Assembly (NCBI GenBank): GCA_004764695.1
Contig: SMSO01000031.1
Coordinates: 9,282,761 to 9,346,760 of the forward strand
Direction of reading: 5' to 3'
Origin: Schizochytrium sp. TIO01
Lineage: Eukaryota; Protista; Bigyra: Labyrinthulomycetes
Length of the DNA stretch: 64,000 nucleotides
Under the pieces are notes generated by a model. The model worked only from the letters and a program-made list of their open reading frames with translations. It searched no databases and was not told the origin of the DNA. The position numbers and the translations under genes are program-made. Below are positions 35,237-47,500 of the stretch, in pieces. Numbering within the stretch: position 1 is the stretch's first letter; each line of letters opens with the position of its first letter.

Positions 35237-38200
35237 GGCTAAGGTATGACACTCTGCTGTAGATGCTGCCGCTCGAGAGAGACTGTTTACAGTTGTGCTA
35301 CCTACTAGTCCCATACGCTTGACTTTTCAACTCTGGTTTGAGTTTCGGATTTGCTTTTGCTTTTGACTTATTCGTTTTGGATCTCGTCGCTCTCGCTCTC
35401 GTTCAAGAGGATGTGATGTTAGCAGCCTGGTCCTGTTGGCTCAATATCAATCGCGCACTGCTTGTTCTCACAACTCACAAGCGAAGTTCTTGTTGACTCT
35501 CTTTTCACGTTTGCTTTTGCCGCTCTGTCTCACTGCCTCTGCCTCCACTCCCTCCCTCATCTCTTCAACATTTTCTTTTCTTTCTTTTTTTAAGGCTAAC
35601 TCTTCACCCATCCTTCTCTATAAATTCCCCTCTGAAACTACTCTGTCTCACACTACATTTCTACTTCCTCTGTCCCTCTGGGAACTCGCCCTCACATCCC
35701 CCTCTTATTTTCTCCCACACTCCGGGTCCTCCTATCTATTGAGGTAAGTGCGCATCAAGGCTCCCTTCTCTTCTTCGCCCTCTTTCGTCTCTCAAAAGTT
35801 TTCCATCTCGGCAAGGTTGCCGCAACCCCCGAAAGGATAGAAGACCCTGACCATGTGTCCCCATAGTTGGAAAGTGGGAAAGCGCTGTGTACCTTGCAAG
35901 AAGGAGGAGGGGGCCTCGGCGGCTTCGACTTGGACTCCGTTTGCTGAGAATGCCGGTGCTTTCCGGAACCTTGCAGAAGACCGTAAATTAACTCAGACTG
36001 CACACACAGCTTGAAGGTATGTGGGAGGTTCACCATCTCTTTTCGTCGGCGATGTTTTCTGAGGCCCCGAGGTGAGGATGCGTCGTGCATATTGAATCAC
36101 ATAAGAGATATTTCTGGTGGATGCTGGTGGTTGATTACCTGTACTTACTCGTTGTAGTAGGCATTTATACGTTTTAGACGAAGTCCGTACTTTCGCACAC
36201 CGCAAGGTAGGTAAGTTAAGTATAGTAGGTTTTCGAGCAGGGACTCGTTTTCGCAGTCCATAATCCCCTTTCCGTTTATGATAAATAGAGAAGCGATTGA
36301 CGAAATAAATGAAGCAACTTTAAGAAATTGTTATGACCTCCTGGATGCGTTCAAGTGTATCTGTGGTTTCGTCCCGGCTACGAGACGGCACATGGGCAAA
36401 TTCATGCGTTAGATGCTGTTTTACAAAATCAAAAATAGGCTTATATAAATTTGCTGAGGTAATCCAAGTGGAGGCAACCTGAGCTAACTACTCAATCGAG
36501 TCTTTCAACTCATATAGATAGTTGAAGAAACCCGCTTTGTGATCCTGCTAAGAAGACAACAGCCTGAGTTTTCAAGCTAATCGTTAGAAAATTGAAAAAA
36601 GTTGAAAATATAAATGAAAGATTTTAAAGAGGAGCAACTTCTATTTTAATTTATGTGAAATGATTTCCACTTAGCTGATTATGTGGCGTGGATATTCGCT
36701 GGTTTGGTAAACTTCGTCTCCATAAAATTAATGCGTAGAGTGTTGACAAAAACAAATCCTTGCGCTTATCTGCAGCAAAGCCAAGTAGTGCAGTTGACTG
36801 AGGGACGTTGTGAGATCAACTTATTGAAACGTGAACTCAAGTTATAATCTATCCTTGATGGATGCAACGCCCTCTCCCAGCCCTTCCCAGAGACAGAAGT
36901 AAAGCGTAGGCTTATTTTGTTGTTAGGCGCAGCCATGGTTTGAGGGAGGCCAGCATACCAAAAAAGACGGCAACAGCCTGAGTTGTTGAATTTTGTTGAA
37001 TTTTGAGTGAATACCTTTATCGTCATGCTGATCTAGCAAAACCTATTCAGTTGCGAGAACTGAGTTGAATACCAACGAGGTTAGAGGTAAAGCAAAAACG
37101 AAAGACAGATCAGACTAGTGAGACTTGGAGCGTTTTTTTACAATATAGGTGGAGATCATTGAACGACGGCTGTCGCAGCCCGTTATCATAAAAAACAATA
37201 TATATAGATAGTGTTTTTGCTAGTACTCAGTACTATAACCAGACGAAAAGTTTGGTGGTATGACTTGATAGGTAGGCACCTTTTATTTTATTCTATTTTT
37301 TTAATAAATGAACGACAATAGGTTTTCTTCCTGTACGGTTGCCAGTTTGGACACTACATTCTCTCTTTCACTCTGTTTGTTGTTTTTAGTTGTAGCCTGT
37401 GTTGTGAACAGAAGCAAATATGCACGAGGTTAACGTATTACTGTGTAACAACAATCCCCGTTCCTCTGCAATAAAATTAGCTTCTTTAGTTACTTGAAAT
37501 AGAAATGTTGTTGAATCACACAAGCACGTCGGAGCCGTTTGCTGTGATCCATGAAAATGAGCTCAGTCGCTCTAACTAGTCAGAGGTAGTAGTTATACTC
37601 TTTCTGCAAAACAATCATTCAGTGGGGTCCTGTAGGTACTACTAGGTTGTCAGGTAGGTAGAAGATACCTCGGTGGTCGAACACAACAGCAAACGAAGAG
37701 TTCATACCAACCTGGTATCTTGAAATAAAATCCAGGCAAATTTAGCGACGCTGCGTACCTAAGCAGGAGATAGCACCTAGCTAGTTACACAATAGTAGGC
37801 CATCGTTCAAAAATGCCACTATGCTCCTTTGTAGTCCCGACGCGAATGCGTTAGCCAGAGTCTGGAACGAATAGTTTTCTTCTCGCGCTGAAGATTAGGT
37901 AACCGGGCTTATTCCCATTTGAGGGAGGTTATCAGCAAGAAAATCAGACTTCTGGAGTTCTTGCCGCGGCTCGATGTATCGACTCTAAACGCTTTCCGCC
38001 TTCATTCTTAAAAGGTAGTCTTCTTGAGAAAGAATGGCAACCGGAAGATGCCATTCCTCGCGGCCTTGCGCGGACGTCTCCAGTTCCTACTGTGTCTTTT
38101 CGTCAAGGTGCGTACAGAGTTTCTGCCAACTTACGTTCTGAGCTTTTCCACTCTATTAAAATAAAGAACCTGCGTCTATTTTGTGAATTTAACTTTCAAA

Positions 38201-39502
38201 GCCGCTGTGCTGCTTTGTGTTGACGCAAGTGGTGACTTGTAATTGCTGCTTGCAGTTCAGAAACCCCGCAAGAAATAGAATTCGCAGTGATGTCGGGGCT
38301 TCGTGGATATGCTTTGGTAGCTAGCCACATAGACATCAACATGTCATAGGCGAGCTCTTGTACGAGCGAGCACCTACTTCAAGTTCACTAGAAAAAAAAA
38401 ACGCTAGCCTCTATTCCGATGAGCAGTAAGGCAAAGGTATCTGATGAGTTCGTTTTGTGTCTTTAGATTTTATTACTGAAAAACCAAAACAGAAAAACCT
38501 TTCCTTAGGGTCAAAACTCACGCCAAAAACAACCATTACACACTACGTACTAATAAATACTTAGCTAAATGCTACTGCACTTACCTTTGACTATCTCGGT
38601 AGCATGTAGGGTGCCGTAGGATACCTTACCACCACGCCAGAGTTTTATTTTTTGGAAAACAGCCAGATCGTGAAAAGGTAAAGTTCAGTTCGCATGTACG
38701 GGGACTCTTCCTTCCACACCGATGCGAACGGGGGTTGCGCAAGCCACACCGAGTGGCCATGAAGCAGACTGCGATATAATTAGATTGTTAGGTAACTACT
38801 TAAGCACCTCGGTGCGGCACTACTACTAGTGCTATTATGGCACCAGGACACTCTCACTGGTGAGAGTTAATAAGTTAAAATCCTCTAGCGAGTTGAAGCC
38901 AAAGCAATCACAGGCATGATAGTAACGAATAGATAGATAGGTAGTTAGGTGGTACCTAGCTAGTGCGCTCAGCTTGGCTAAGTTAAGAAGGATAGTTGGG
39001 TTGGTTCTGGGCAAGTGCTCAGGAATAGCCACAAGAAGCCAGATGACGGTCAATGGAATGACATTACACCAACACCTCTAGACTCCGGGATCACGATGTC
39101 AGGTCCTACGTAAACTCGCTTACTACTAGTAGGTAGGACCTCGTACTTTACCACACATAAGTAGTCTCTTTGAAGAGCAGCAAATCCGAAGTGTTATTAA
39201 TGAACAAACTATGGAGTTTCTCTGACATATTTTTGGTTTATTCTTTTTATGCAATTCGCAGTTTCATGATTATGCTGAATGTAATCGCCAATGGTACAAC
39301 TGCTGTCTTTTATGGCGAAACCTGTTGATGCTTAAGCACAATCTCTTTACCCAGCTAACTCTCAAGAGTCATGTCAAATATTCAAAGCTCGAATATGACT
39401 ACTATTAGAATGATGTTCACTGGAAAAGTCAACAATTGTCAGCAAAATGAGTCATGTGATTTCCTCGTCATACCCAAGATACTTAAATTTAACGACAGTT
39501 CA

Positions 39503-41101
39503 TTATTTGTCGGACTCAGCGACGCGCTTGGCCATAGCAATAGTTTCTGACCAGCGCTCACGCCAACTAGCTACTGGGGATGTTGGCTGAGGCCTTATAT
39601 TAAAGTTAGAATCTTTACTATCGACATCGCCACACCAGTCTTCTTGGTGCCTCCATGGTTCATTTGCTGGGGACTGAGTATTAGAAAAGTGTCCAAGGCG
39701 TCCATGAGAAATCCTAGAGGGCGTTTCACATGGAGAATCATATGAATAAGTCTTCCGAACTGGCGAGCTTAGTGAATGGGACGGGTTGGTAGTAAAGTTT
39801 CTCGGTGTAAGATCCTCAGTACTCTCGAGATCTTGCTCGGCAATTGAGTCAAACGCAGGTAAATATGAAGCAGTTGCTATAAATAATGGACTCTGTTTTT
39901 TCTTTGATTTGTGTGATAAAGAAGGTAAGCTTTTGCTTGATATTTTTTTCGGCATGCGGGAGGATAGAGACTCAGAATTCGCCCATGAAAATCTTGATTT
40001 AAATGAGCGAATCGAAAAGAGGGATGACGTTGATGATGCACGCGTAATAGAGGAGTTTGGGGATAACGAATCTGGGTAGTCTCCAAATTGCATAAGCGTC
40101 TCAGGATTGTTTGACTTATCAAAGTTGATATCGGCACAATCTTTTGCCATGTAATTCAGGGAACTGCCCTGGCTATGGCTTATTAACTCGATGCTACTAT
40201 GGTGCCCATTCGTCCTGCGAGACCTGCGTCGCAAAAGGAGCACTGCGGCCACAATAAGAGCAATTAAAAGAATTGCGCCAATTATACCACCGAGAAGAGG
40301 TCCAACAAGCGAGCCACTGGACTCTTCTCCGACGGGAGTGCCATCGATGCTGCTTTCGTTTGTACTCTGTAGAGTTGAAAATGTGGGAGATACTGTCTCT
40401 GCCCAGCTAGGACTTCCAGTAGAATTAAAAATATTGTTTGAGGATAAAGATGTAGGGCTCACTGAAGGAGCTCTGGTCTCTAAATTTTGAGCGTAGGGAT
40501 CTGAAACCGTATCAACAGCGCCATCAGAGGTGAGTGTACTACTACTTCTTGTCGGAGCTATCGATGGGAGATTTGTTGGCATTTGTGTTGAGTCAAATTC
40601 CCCAACCTCTGCAGTTATGTTGTTGGTTGTGTTATTTTCTTCCATTATACTTTCTGCCGAAGGAGCAGAGGTCTCAAGATACACGACTGAAATTGGTGCA
40701 TTTGTTGGGTCGTTAGTTGGAGCTACACTAGTGGTGCTTGTTCCAGTTGGTGCTTCGGTCGTGGGGATGATGATAATTAGCGGAGTTGGCCGCGAAGTTG
40801 GCTCATCTTGTTCAGTGATGATAGCTGTCGGAGCAGGGATCATGGTTGGCTCCTGCACTGGAGCAAATGTATTATTTGCTGCATGATTGAGCACAAATTG
40901 TGATAAACAAATGAGGGCGAAAGAGCTCAATGTGAAATGCTTAGAGGCAATCCAGACATGTTTATTGCTAGTCCGACGAAAACTTCTGGAAAGTGCTGGG
41001 GCTGTATTTGCTTGAAGTCTGGGTTCTGTCTTCTTCTTCTTCTTCTTCTTCTTCTTCTTCCACACATTTTGTTGAGATCCATCACGACCTCGGTTTTTCA
41101 T
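39503..41101 (-). CDS. Single-pass membrane protein with a Ser/Thr/Pro-rich (mucin-like) ectodomain
   Basis: 532-aa ORF with repeated PT/APT/APS, a transmembrane segment LLGGIIGAILLIALIVAAVLLL followed by RRRSRR, and a Ser-rich tail. The N-terminal poly-K comes from an AAG repeat and the start is uncertain. Confidence 0.75.
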   Translation of the reverse strand: MKNRGRDGSQQNVWKKKKKKKKKKTEPRLQANTAPALSRSFRRTSNKHVWIASKHFTLSSFALICLSQFVLNHAANNTFAPVQEPTMIPAPTAIITEQDEPTSRPTPLIIIIPTTEAPTGTSTTSVAPTNDPTNAPISVVYLETSAPSAESIMEENNTTNNITAEVGEFDSTQMPTNLPSIAPTRSSSTLTSDGAVDTVSDPYAQNLETRAPSVSPTSLSSNNIFNSTGSPSWAETVSPTFSTLQSTNESSIDGTPVGEESSGSLVGPLLGGIIGAILLIALIVAAVLLLRRRSRRTNGHHSSIELISHSQGSSLNYMAKDCADINFDKSNNPETLMQFGDYPDSLSPNSSITRASSTSSLFSIRSFKSRFSWANSESLSSRMPKKISSKSLPSLSHKSKKKQSPLFIATASYLPAFDSIAEQDLESTEDLTPRNFTTNPSHSLSSPVRKTYSYDSPCETPSRISHGRLGHFSNTQSPANEPWRHQEDWCGDVDSKDSNFNIRPQPTSPVASWRERWSETIAMAKRVAESDK

Positions 41102-43347
41102 TGTCGCGACTTCGTTGTCAAAGCTGCAGCTCAGCTGTCCTTCAGTATTGTTATCATACTTAGCAATAGCTACCTTATCAATCTAAATCTTCAAGCTTGT
41201 TTGATCTTATCTAGAAAGGAGGACAAATTCGGGTGCTTTCGGGTTGTTCTCATTTCCAGTGCACACCTCACACCGCACAACACAGGAACCTAAACCTGGG
41301 GCACTTGCCCTATGGCATTTTATAAAGGCATAAGTAACTGTTTGGTCTAAAAACAAAACCAGAAAAGACAGCAAGCATTCTGAAAGAAAAGCGCGAAGCT
41401 ACTTCTGCTATTTGTGCATTCCCAGAGACTATTCCTATCAGTCCTTTGATTTATTTCAAAGTGCAAGTTAATCAATCGTTCATAGTTAGAGTTATAAAAA
41501 CTAGAACTTGCTGTACCTCGTTACCGGTGTTACACATGCCGAGATGAATTCACTTGAGGTTTTACCCAAGTTTGAGAGGAGGAGCTCAATAGGTAGTTAG
41601 TTCTATGGAGAGTGCTGGGGCAAATAAAATATGAACATTTAACTTGCGACTGGGTACCAACAGAAAATAACCGGCCTAGTCCTTAGCATGACTAACCTGA
41701 CGTTTTTTGCTTACCATTAGCATATTGTAAGAAATACATACACAAATCGATATTCTCAGGGACAATTCCTCGCGCGTGTCCTCCTGGAATTCGTTTAGAG
41801 TCACAAGAGATAAAGTACTACGTGCCAATCAGTGTTGGCCGAGGTAGATAGCCTACTACTGTTCTCAATTCAGGTTAGTGCGCTGCACTCGCAATGGTCA
41901 GAGGTAGTAAGTTAAAATCTTTTACCTTGATAATATATAAGCCGAAACAATCACTTATATTACGATTTAGAGCTACCTTGTTTGAGGACTCAACTTGAGG
42001 CTTTTGTTTCTAGACGTTTTAGCTCCATTACTAATAGACGCTAATAAGGTCATCTGAACGGAAAGGTGAAGTGAAAAAGCTACCCTGCCCTAGGTAGGAT
42101 AATTAAAAAAAAAAATTATTGAAAAAAGAAAAGAAAAAAGGGGGAGAATGGGTAGCACTATGCAAGTGTTTTGGGGGCTCAAAAGCGCACGAAGCTTGGA
42201 ATCCGAAGACCAGTCTTGTGGCGTGGGATGATAAACTCGAACGGTACTCCTTTCCATGTGGCAGTAGCTGGTAGGACGACTTTTCTGAAAGAGTTGTTGC
42301 TCGTTCACCTGTCAACGGTTAATGATTCAAATAAATGACGAGGTTCATGCACCTTCCGGTAGAGATCTGTGAGCCACGACGATTGCGCCCCCAAGCAAGA
42401 GGCACCATTTGTTTCATGCTGAGCCCTGTGAGAGGCAAAAAAAAAGAAAAAAGAAAAAGGAACAACGTGTGCGAAGTTTAGCAATAAAAATGTCGAACCT
42501 ATTGGCGAATGTCTACCATGGTTGCACCATGGTCTCATGATATGGAAAAAATATGAAATATTTCAACTCCTTTCATTAAAGCACATTCCTCAGGACAGCG
42601 ACATTGCAGCACTTTATTAAAATCAAACGTGTCATTGAAGAGTGATGTAAGAGTAGTAAAATACTCCTAGAACCCAAAGGGTACATTATGCATACTTCAG
42701 TTGGACAGCAAAAATGAAGGGTGAATATCTAACAACTTCGAATCAGAAGCTATGGGCAGTGCTTTCACATGGAAAGTAGCGACAACAATAAATTGCAGGA
42801 GTATGCTGCCCTTGTAGAAGAAAGAGAAAAGATTATGGAGTAAAAACAGAGGTCAAGATCAATTTCATTAGCTATAAAGGTAAAAGTATTAGTGGAGTAG
42901 GGAATTCCAAATAAATTTAGGCAAACATTTCCAGTGTTGCTGAAGAAATTTAGTTTGTCATTTTCCTGAAGAGAGAGGACATGACTTGTCGTTATCCTTA
43001 CTATTCTTATCCCTTCCCTTGGATAATCATGCAGCACATCGGTATATTCGCCCAAGCAATGCACATAGTATTTTATTGTCATTTTCTATGTAGCTCATAC
43101 CCTGTGATTTCTTCAAACCCCCTTGATTGGCTTGAAAAAAATGGAGTGATAGAGAATTGCACTTCAGTTCGCGCTCCTTTTCAGGGTGTTGCGGAAAACA
43201 AAAGCTTTAAAATATACATAAGAAGAAGCATGTGCATGCGTTTCATGGAGACTGTGTATATTTGCCTTACATTTGGCAATGTAATCTATGGGAGATGTTG
43301 GACATATCTAGTAACACCTATAAAATTGCCCAAGTCGTGATTGAGAT

Positions 43348-44517
43348 CTAGGGTAGTGAGCTGGGCGCAACACTTCTAACTGGAGCATTATTGTCAAGCA
43401 CAGCCTTAATCTTTTGGGCGCGATGAAGTTCATGTGTGCAGGCCTTGAGAACCGCGTCATGCTCTTTGCGCTTTTTCAGAAATGCAAGTCGAAGAAGCGC
43501 AAGTTCCTGACTTATGTGAGCGCGACTCTGACGAAATCGGAGTAGGCGTTCGCGAGATCGAATTAATGACTCCCGAAGCCTATCTGCTTCTACACGGGTC
43601 TCAGATTCACGCTCTGCAACATGCTGTGGAAAACAGCGCTCAACCATTTGCTTAAGTGTAATACTTTCGCAGAGGTTTGTACTACATACAGTAGGTTCGC
43701 GGCAGCTAGGGCACGGAGTTTTCGTGTTATCATGAAGCGCACCTCGCAGTGCAAGTGATTCGCGCTGTGTTGCCTCATAACGAACCAGACATTCCCGACA
43801 AAAGGAGTGGCCACAACGCAGAGTGCATGGGCGGTAAAAAAGGTCTAAGCATACGGAACAGGTGAGTGAGCTGCGGAGTTCCTCATTCACATTATTATTA
43901 GAAGTTCCGGCTTGTGAAGTCTGCGAATCATCTGCAGAGTGTGTGCATTGTCTCCCATAGCTTTCGTGGCTTTGTTTACTAGTTTCCATGAGTGCAGGAC
44001 GAGAGGCTTCAGCTTCATGGTTTTCCCGCGAATCATGATTCCGCATTCTCTTATAGCTGATAGAGTTTCTGTTCCAATTTTGTTGTTGCTCTTGCTGAAT
44101 GCTTTCTGATCCTTCTTCATCTTTGCCTCCTGCTGGGCTACAAGGGCGCTTCATGCCTCTCTGGTTAGACTCCGTTGCAATAGATGTTCCCTGGGTGTTC
44201 GATGAAGTCTCCACGGTCTCTGCTCCGTTCATAACTCCAGCCACCGCACTCATTGCAGCCATAGCGCTCATTGCAGCGGCGGCTGTTGTGGCACGTGTTG
44301 TAGTAATTCTTTCGGTCCTGACATCAATGGCAGTGACAGCACTGGATGCTGTCTGGGCTGAGAACGGGTTTGGGTGAGTGGACGCAGCATGAACCTGGGC
44401 TGCGGCGTGTTGAAGGTGCTCGCTGGCACTGCGGCGCGCAGTAAGATTGATAAGGATCTCATCCACAAGAGCCATGGAGACGCCGAGCGAGGCCTCGCTT
44501 GATTTATGTGCAAGCAT
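43348..44517 (-). CDS. C3HC4 RING-finger protein (putative E3 ligase)
   Basis: CSVCLDLFYRPCTLRCGHSFCRECL...CPSCR, followed by a coiled-coil-like C-terminus. Confidence 0.85.
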   Translation of the reverse strand: MLAHKSSEASLGVSMALVDEILINLTARRSASEHLQHAAAQVHAASTHPNPFSAQTASSAVTAIDVRTERITTTRATTAAAAMSAMAAMSAVAGVMNGAETVETSSNTQGTSIATESNQRGMKRPCSPAGGKDEEGSESIQQEQQQNWNRNSISYKRMRNHDSRENHEAEASRPALMETSKQSHESYGRQCTHSADDSQTSQAGTSNNNVNEELRSSLTCSVCLDLFYRPCTLRCGHSFCRECLVRYEATQRESLALRGALHDNTKTPCPSCREPTVCSTNLCESITLKQMVERCFPQHVAERESETRVEADRLRESLIRSRERLLRFRQSRAHISQELALLRLAFLKKRKEHDAVLKACTHELHRAQKIKAVLDNNAPVRSVAPSSLP

Positions 44518-47500
44518 TTTACGCTGATGTTTGGAGGTGCTGATGGAGACCTTTGTTATAGTTTTGGTTTTGGTTCTCTGGTTCTACTTCTTTTCTCTGC
44601 CTTTGCTTTTATTTTCTTTTAATTTACATTTAAAAAAAAGGAAGAAAAAAAAAATACAGAAAGAAACATTGAAAATCGGCACTTTAGTCAATCTATTAAG
44701 CTGAAGGACATAGTAGAAGAAGGGGAAAAAATGAAGTGCTACTCTCTATGGAAGTATGCAGTAGGTGAGCTCTACAATCATTAAGATGTATAGATGTTTG
44801 CTGTCTTTGTTTTCTTCACTACTCGAGAAGGACAATTAATCCTCAGCTGGAAGGGACAATGCCCGGTAGGCCTACTTTGCAATTTATTCGGAAAGAAGGG
44901 CAGAGGGGGACAACCTCACAGCGTCTGTATCAATGATTATGATCACGTGGAATGTAAGCGGTTATTGTTGCAAACTGTTCGTGTTGACTGACTCCTGTTG
45001 AGGGGGTGCTGATTAAGAGGACACATATGGTTCTAAAGAAATAAGAAATAGCAACAACGTCAAAAAAGGATCATTGATGCTGTCATTTCTCTGAATTGAA
45101 GATGCTGCAATGCTAGACACTGCGTATCAGTCTTGACGGGGCATTTGAAGTTCAAGAACCCCAAAGATAACACTGAGAGAGGCCCTATCCCAAGACTCTC
45201 ATTTTTCTGCGCACGATTCCTTTGAGCATTCGGCATCCGAGGTATGTGGTTCGTTCCCTCCCAGTGTCGGTGATTGCCTCTCGTTATACATACCCTTGGT
45301 CCCTTTCACCGCTCAGATAACAGGAGCATTTTAACAATTAAAGACAGCTTTTTTTTTTTTCATATTTAAAAAATTAACATAGCATATCATGACACTTAGT
45401 TTTTTTTTAAAATGTTAAATAAAATAAACAAATAAATAACCATAATAGCAAAAAGTAAAGCAAAGCAAAACAAACTCTTGAAAGGAAAGCAAAAAACGAT
45501 ACTAGGTAGCAGAAGAGAATTAATGCTCATAAACATCAAGAGGTGATACCACATTTCGATGGCTGAGTACCTACTAATGCACAATTCTGCTTAAATACCA
45601 TGAGAAACTAGTACTTGCTACAATACTAATGAGTATAATTGGTGTCTATATACCAGCAGGTACTTATGCTGGTATCTGTGTATAATCTCTTCTGTATTTC
45701 CAAATCTGTCACCGGAGGTCTGTCAGTATCTTTATCTATCGATTTGATCTACTCTATCTAAGTAAGAGCGTTAATTGTTAATTCCACCTTGTACCCGATA
45801 TCAAAAATATAAAATCGGCAGATAAACGTTTTATTTTTATTTTTATTTTACATTTTAAAGAGGCCAACATATCATGATATATATATTAAAATAGAAAATT
45901 TATTGTTATCAGGTAATAGGATTAGTTAGTTATATAAATATTTATCCGATATCACCACTAACAAAGAAATGGTTAAATGGAGTAGAATGCTGGTACTAGT
46001 CTCTAGATAATAAGATTAAGTTACTAAAAAACCATAAAGGCGGAGGAGAAACAGTGACTGTTTTCTCTGCGTATTATCTGTTGTTTCATTCTCTGGGAAT
46101 GCAATGTATATAGAGGATGTTCTTGAATCTATGATGAGATATACTAGACATTTCCGATTATCTCGTTTCGCTTTTAAAAAGCCACATTATTTTTTTTTAA
46201 AATTAATATCATGTTCTATTCCCAAGCCTCATGGTCATGAATCTGTCTATCTCCGGTCGTTTTGTTCTGATCGGGGTACAACTTAAGCCCTTTATCAGGT
46301 GTTGCAACTCTTTGCCACTCTTTGCCACTCTTCCCTAACTTCCGTTTCCACTTTTGTTATCTCCACTTCACTCTTCTTTGGTCATCTCGTCACTTGACCT
46401 AAACACGATGAAGGAAGGTAGGGTCTATATGCAATTTAAAAATATTATATGCAAAGCTGACCATGAATGACAATAATGAAAATACTGAAGGCTTTAAGTT
46501 TAAAGTCATGCCCTAACCTGTAGCTCAAGTTTGAAACAAAAACTTAAGCTGATGTGAGTAGTCTATGTTTGCACTCCTAGAATTGCAAATATGGTTCGAG
46601 GTTTGATTTCGATAATACTTTATGCCATGATTCTAGTCCAAGTATGAAAGTAGTGCCGTTTACTATTGCCTTCGTTGTCTTTTTCTTCACAAGGATGGCC
46701 AATTTTCTCTCAAATCACACTTGTCCCACATACAGTGTACCAAGGTTATATAGTTGATGGTATCCAAGAAAACAAATAGGTGTGTTCGAAAACACCTCAG
46801 CTACTTTGGTCCTCACGCGGTTGGTTGAATTGAAGGGCAGAAGCCTACCTACTTTGTCTTTATTTCGTTTTCTTCAATCTTGATAATGCGAAAGATCCAG
46901 AAAGAAAGATTATTACATGAAGAAATCAAGCAAAGAATCACTGGCTAATCAGAATTAAGATGATTCTGTTCATGTTTTCGAATTATGAATTATATGGGGC
47001 AATTTTAAATTATCTGGTTCCCGCTCTTTTCTGTGTAGTCTTCAATGCACTATGCAAATAGCATCCTTGTGGCGTTGGTGCTTATGTGTAGCAGGGTCAA
47101 ACGTGCTACCCTGTTTAATAGGGCAACGGTTCTGGTTCGATAAGAATGTCTGGATCCCCGGCGTGCCAGTGTGATACTTTTAGCGACAATTTAATTTTGA
47201 TTCCGAAGAACTCCCAACCACCATAGCCAGACAGCAATCGTCAACCTCTATTGTGCACAGTTATTGGCCTACTAAGTGGTGGGGAGTTTTCCGATGTAGA
47301 GAATTTCTTGCAAGCCTATCTCCCGAGATCTGATTGTGGTCCCGCAAGGCTTTTATGAGGCGGCGACGGGTGGCGGCTCTTTATCTAGGCTTTAAAAATA
47401 TACACCCACTCGTGACCGACCTTTCTGCAAAAATAACAATCAAGATGACTCTTCCTATCAAGTTCGACTTTCAAGTTTGTTTTTTTCGAAACTAGTAGGG

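Noticed and set aside
34310-35242. Long antisense ORFs over the dioxygenase, and similar shadow ORFs over other genes
   Set aside because: These are expected from codon bias and show no recognisable motifs.
38032-38729. Hairpins GAATGGCA/TGCCATTC (38032-38056) and GTTCGCAT/ATGCGAAC (38688-38729) as an ncRNA
   Set aside because: Isolated 8-bp stems, with no tRNA, snRNA or ribozyme motif and no second copy.
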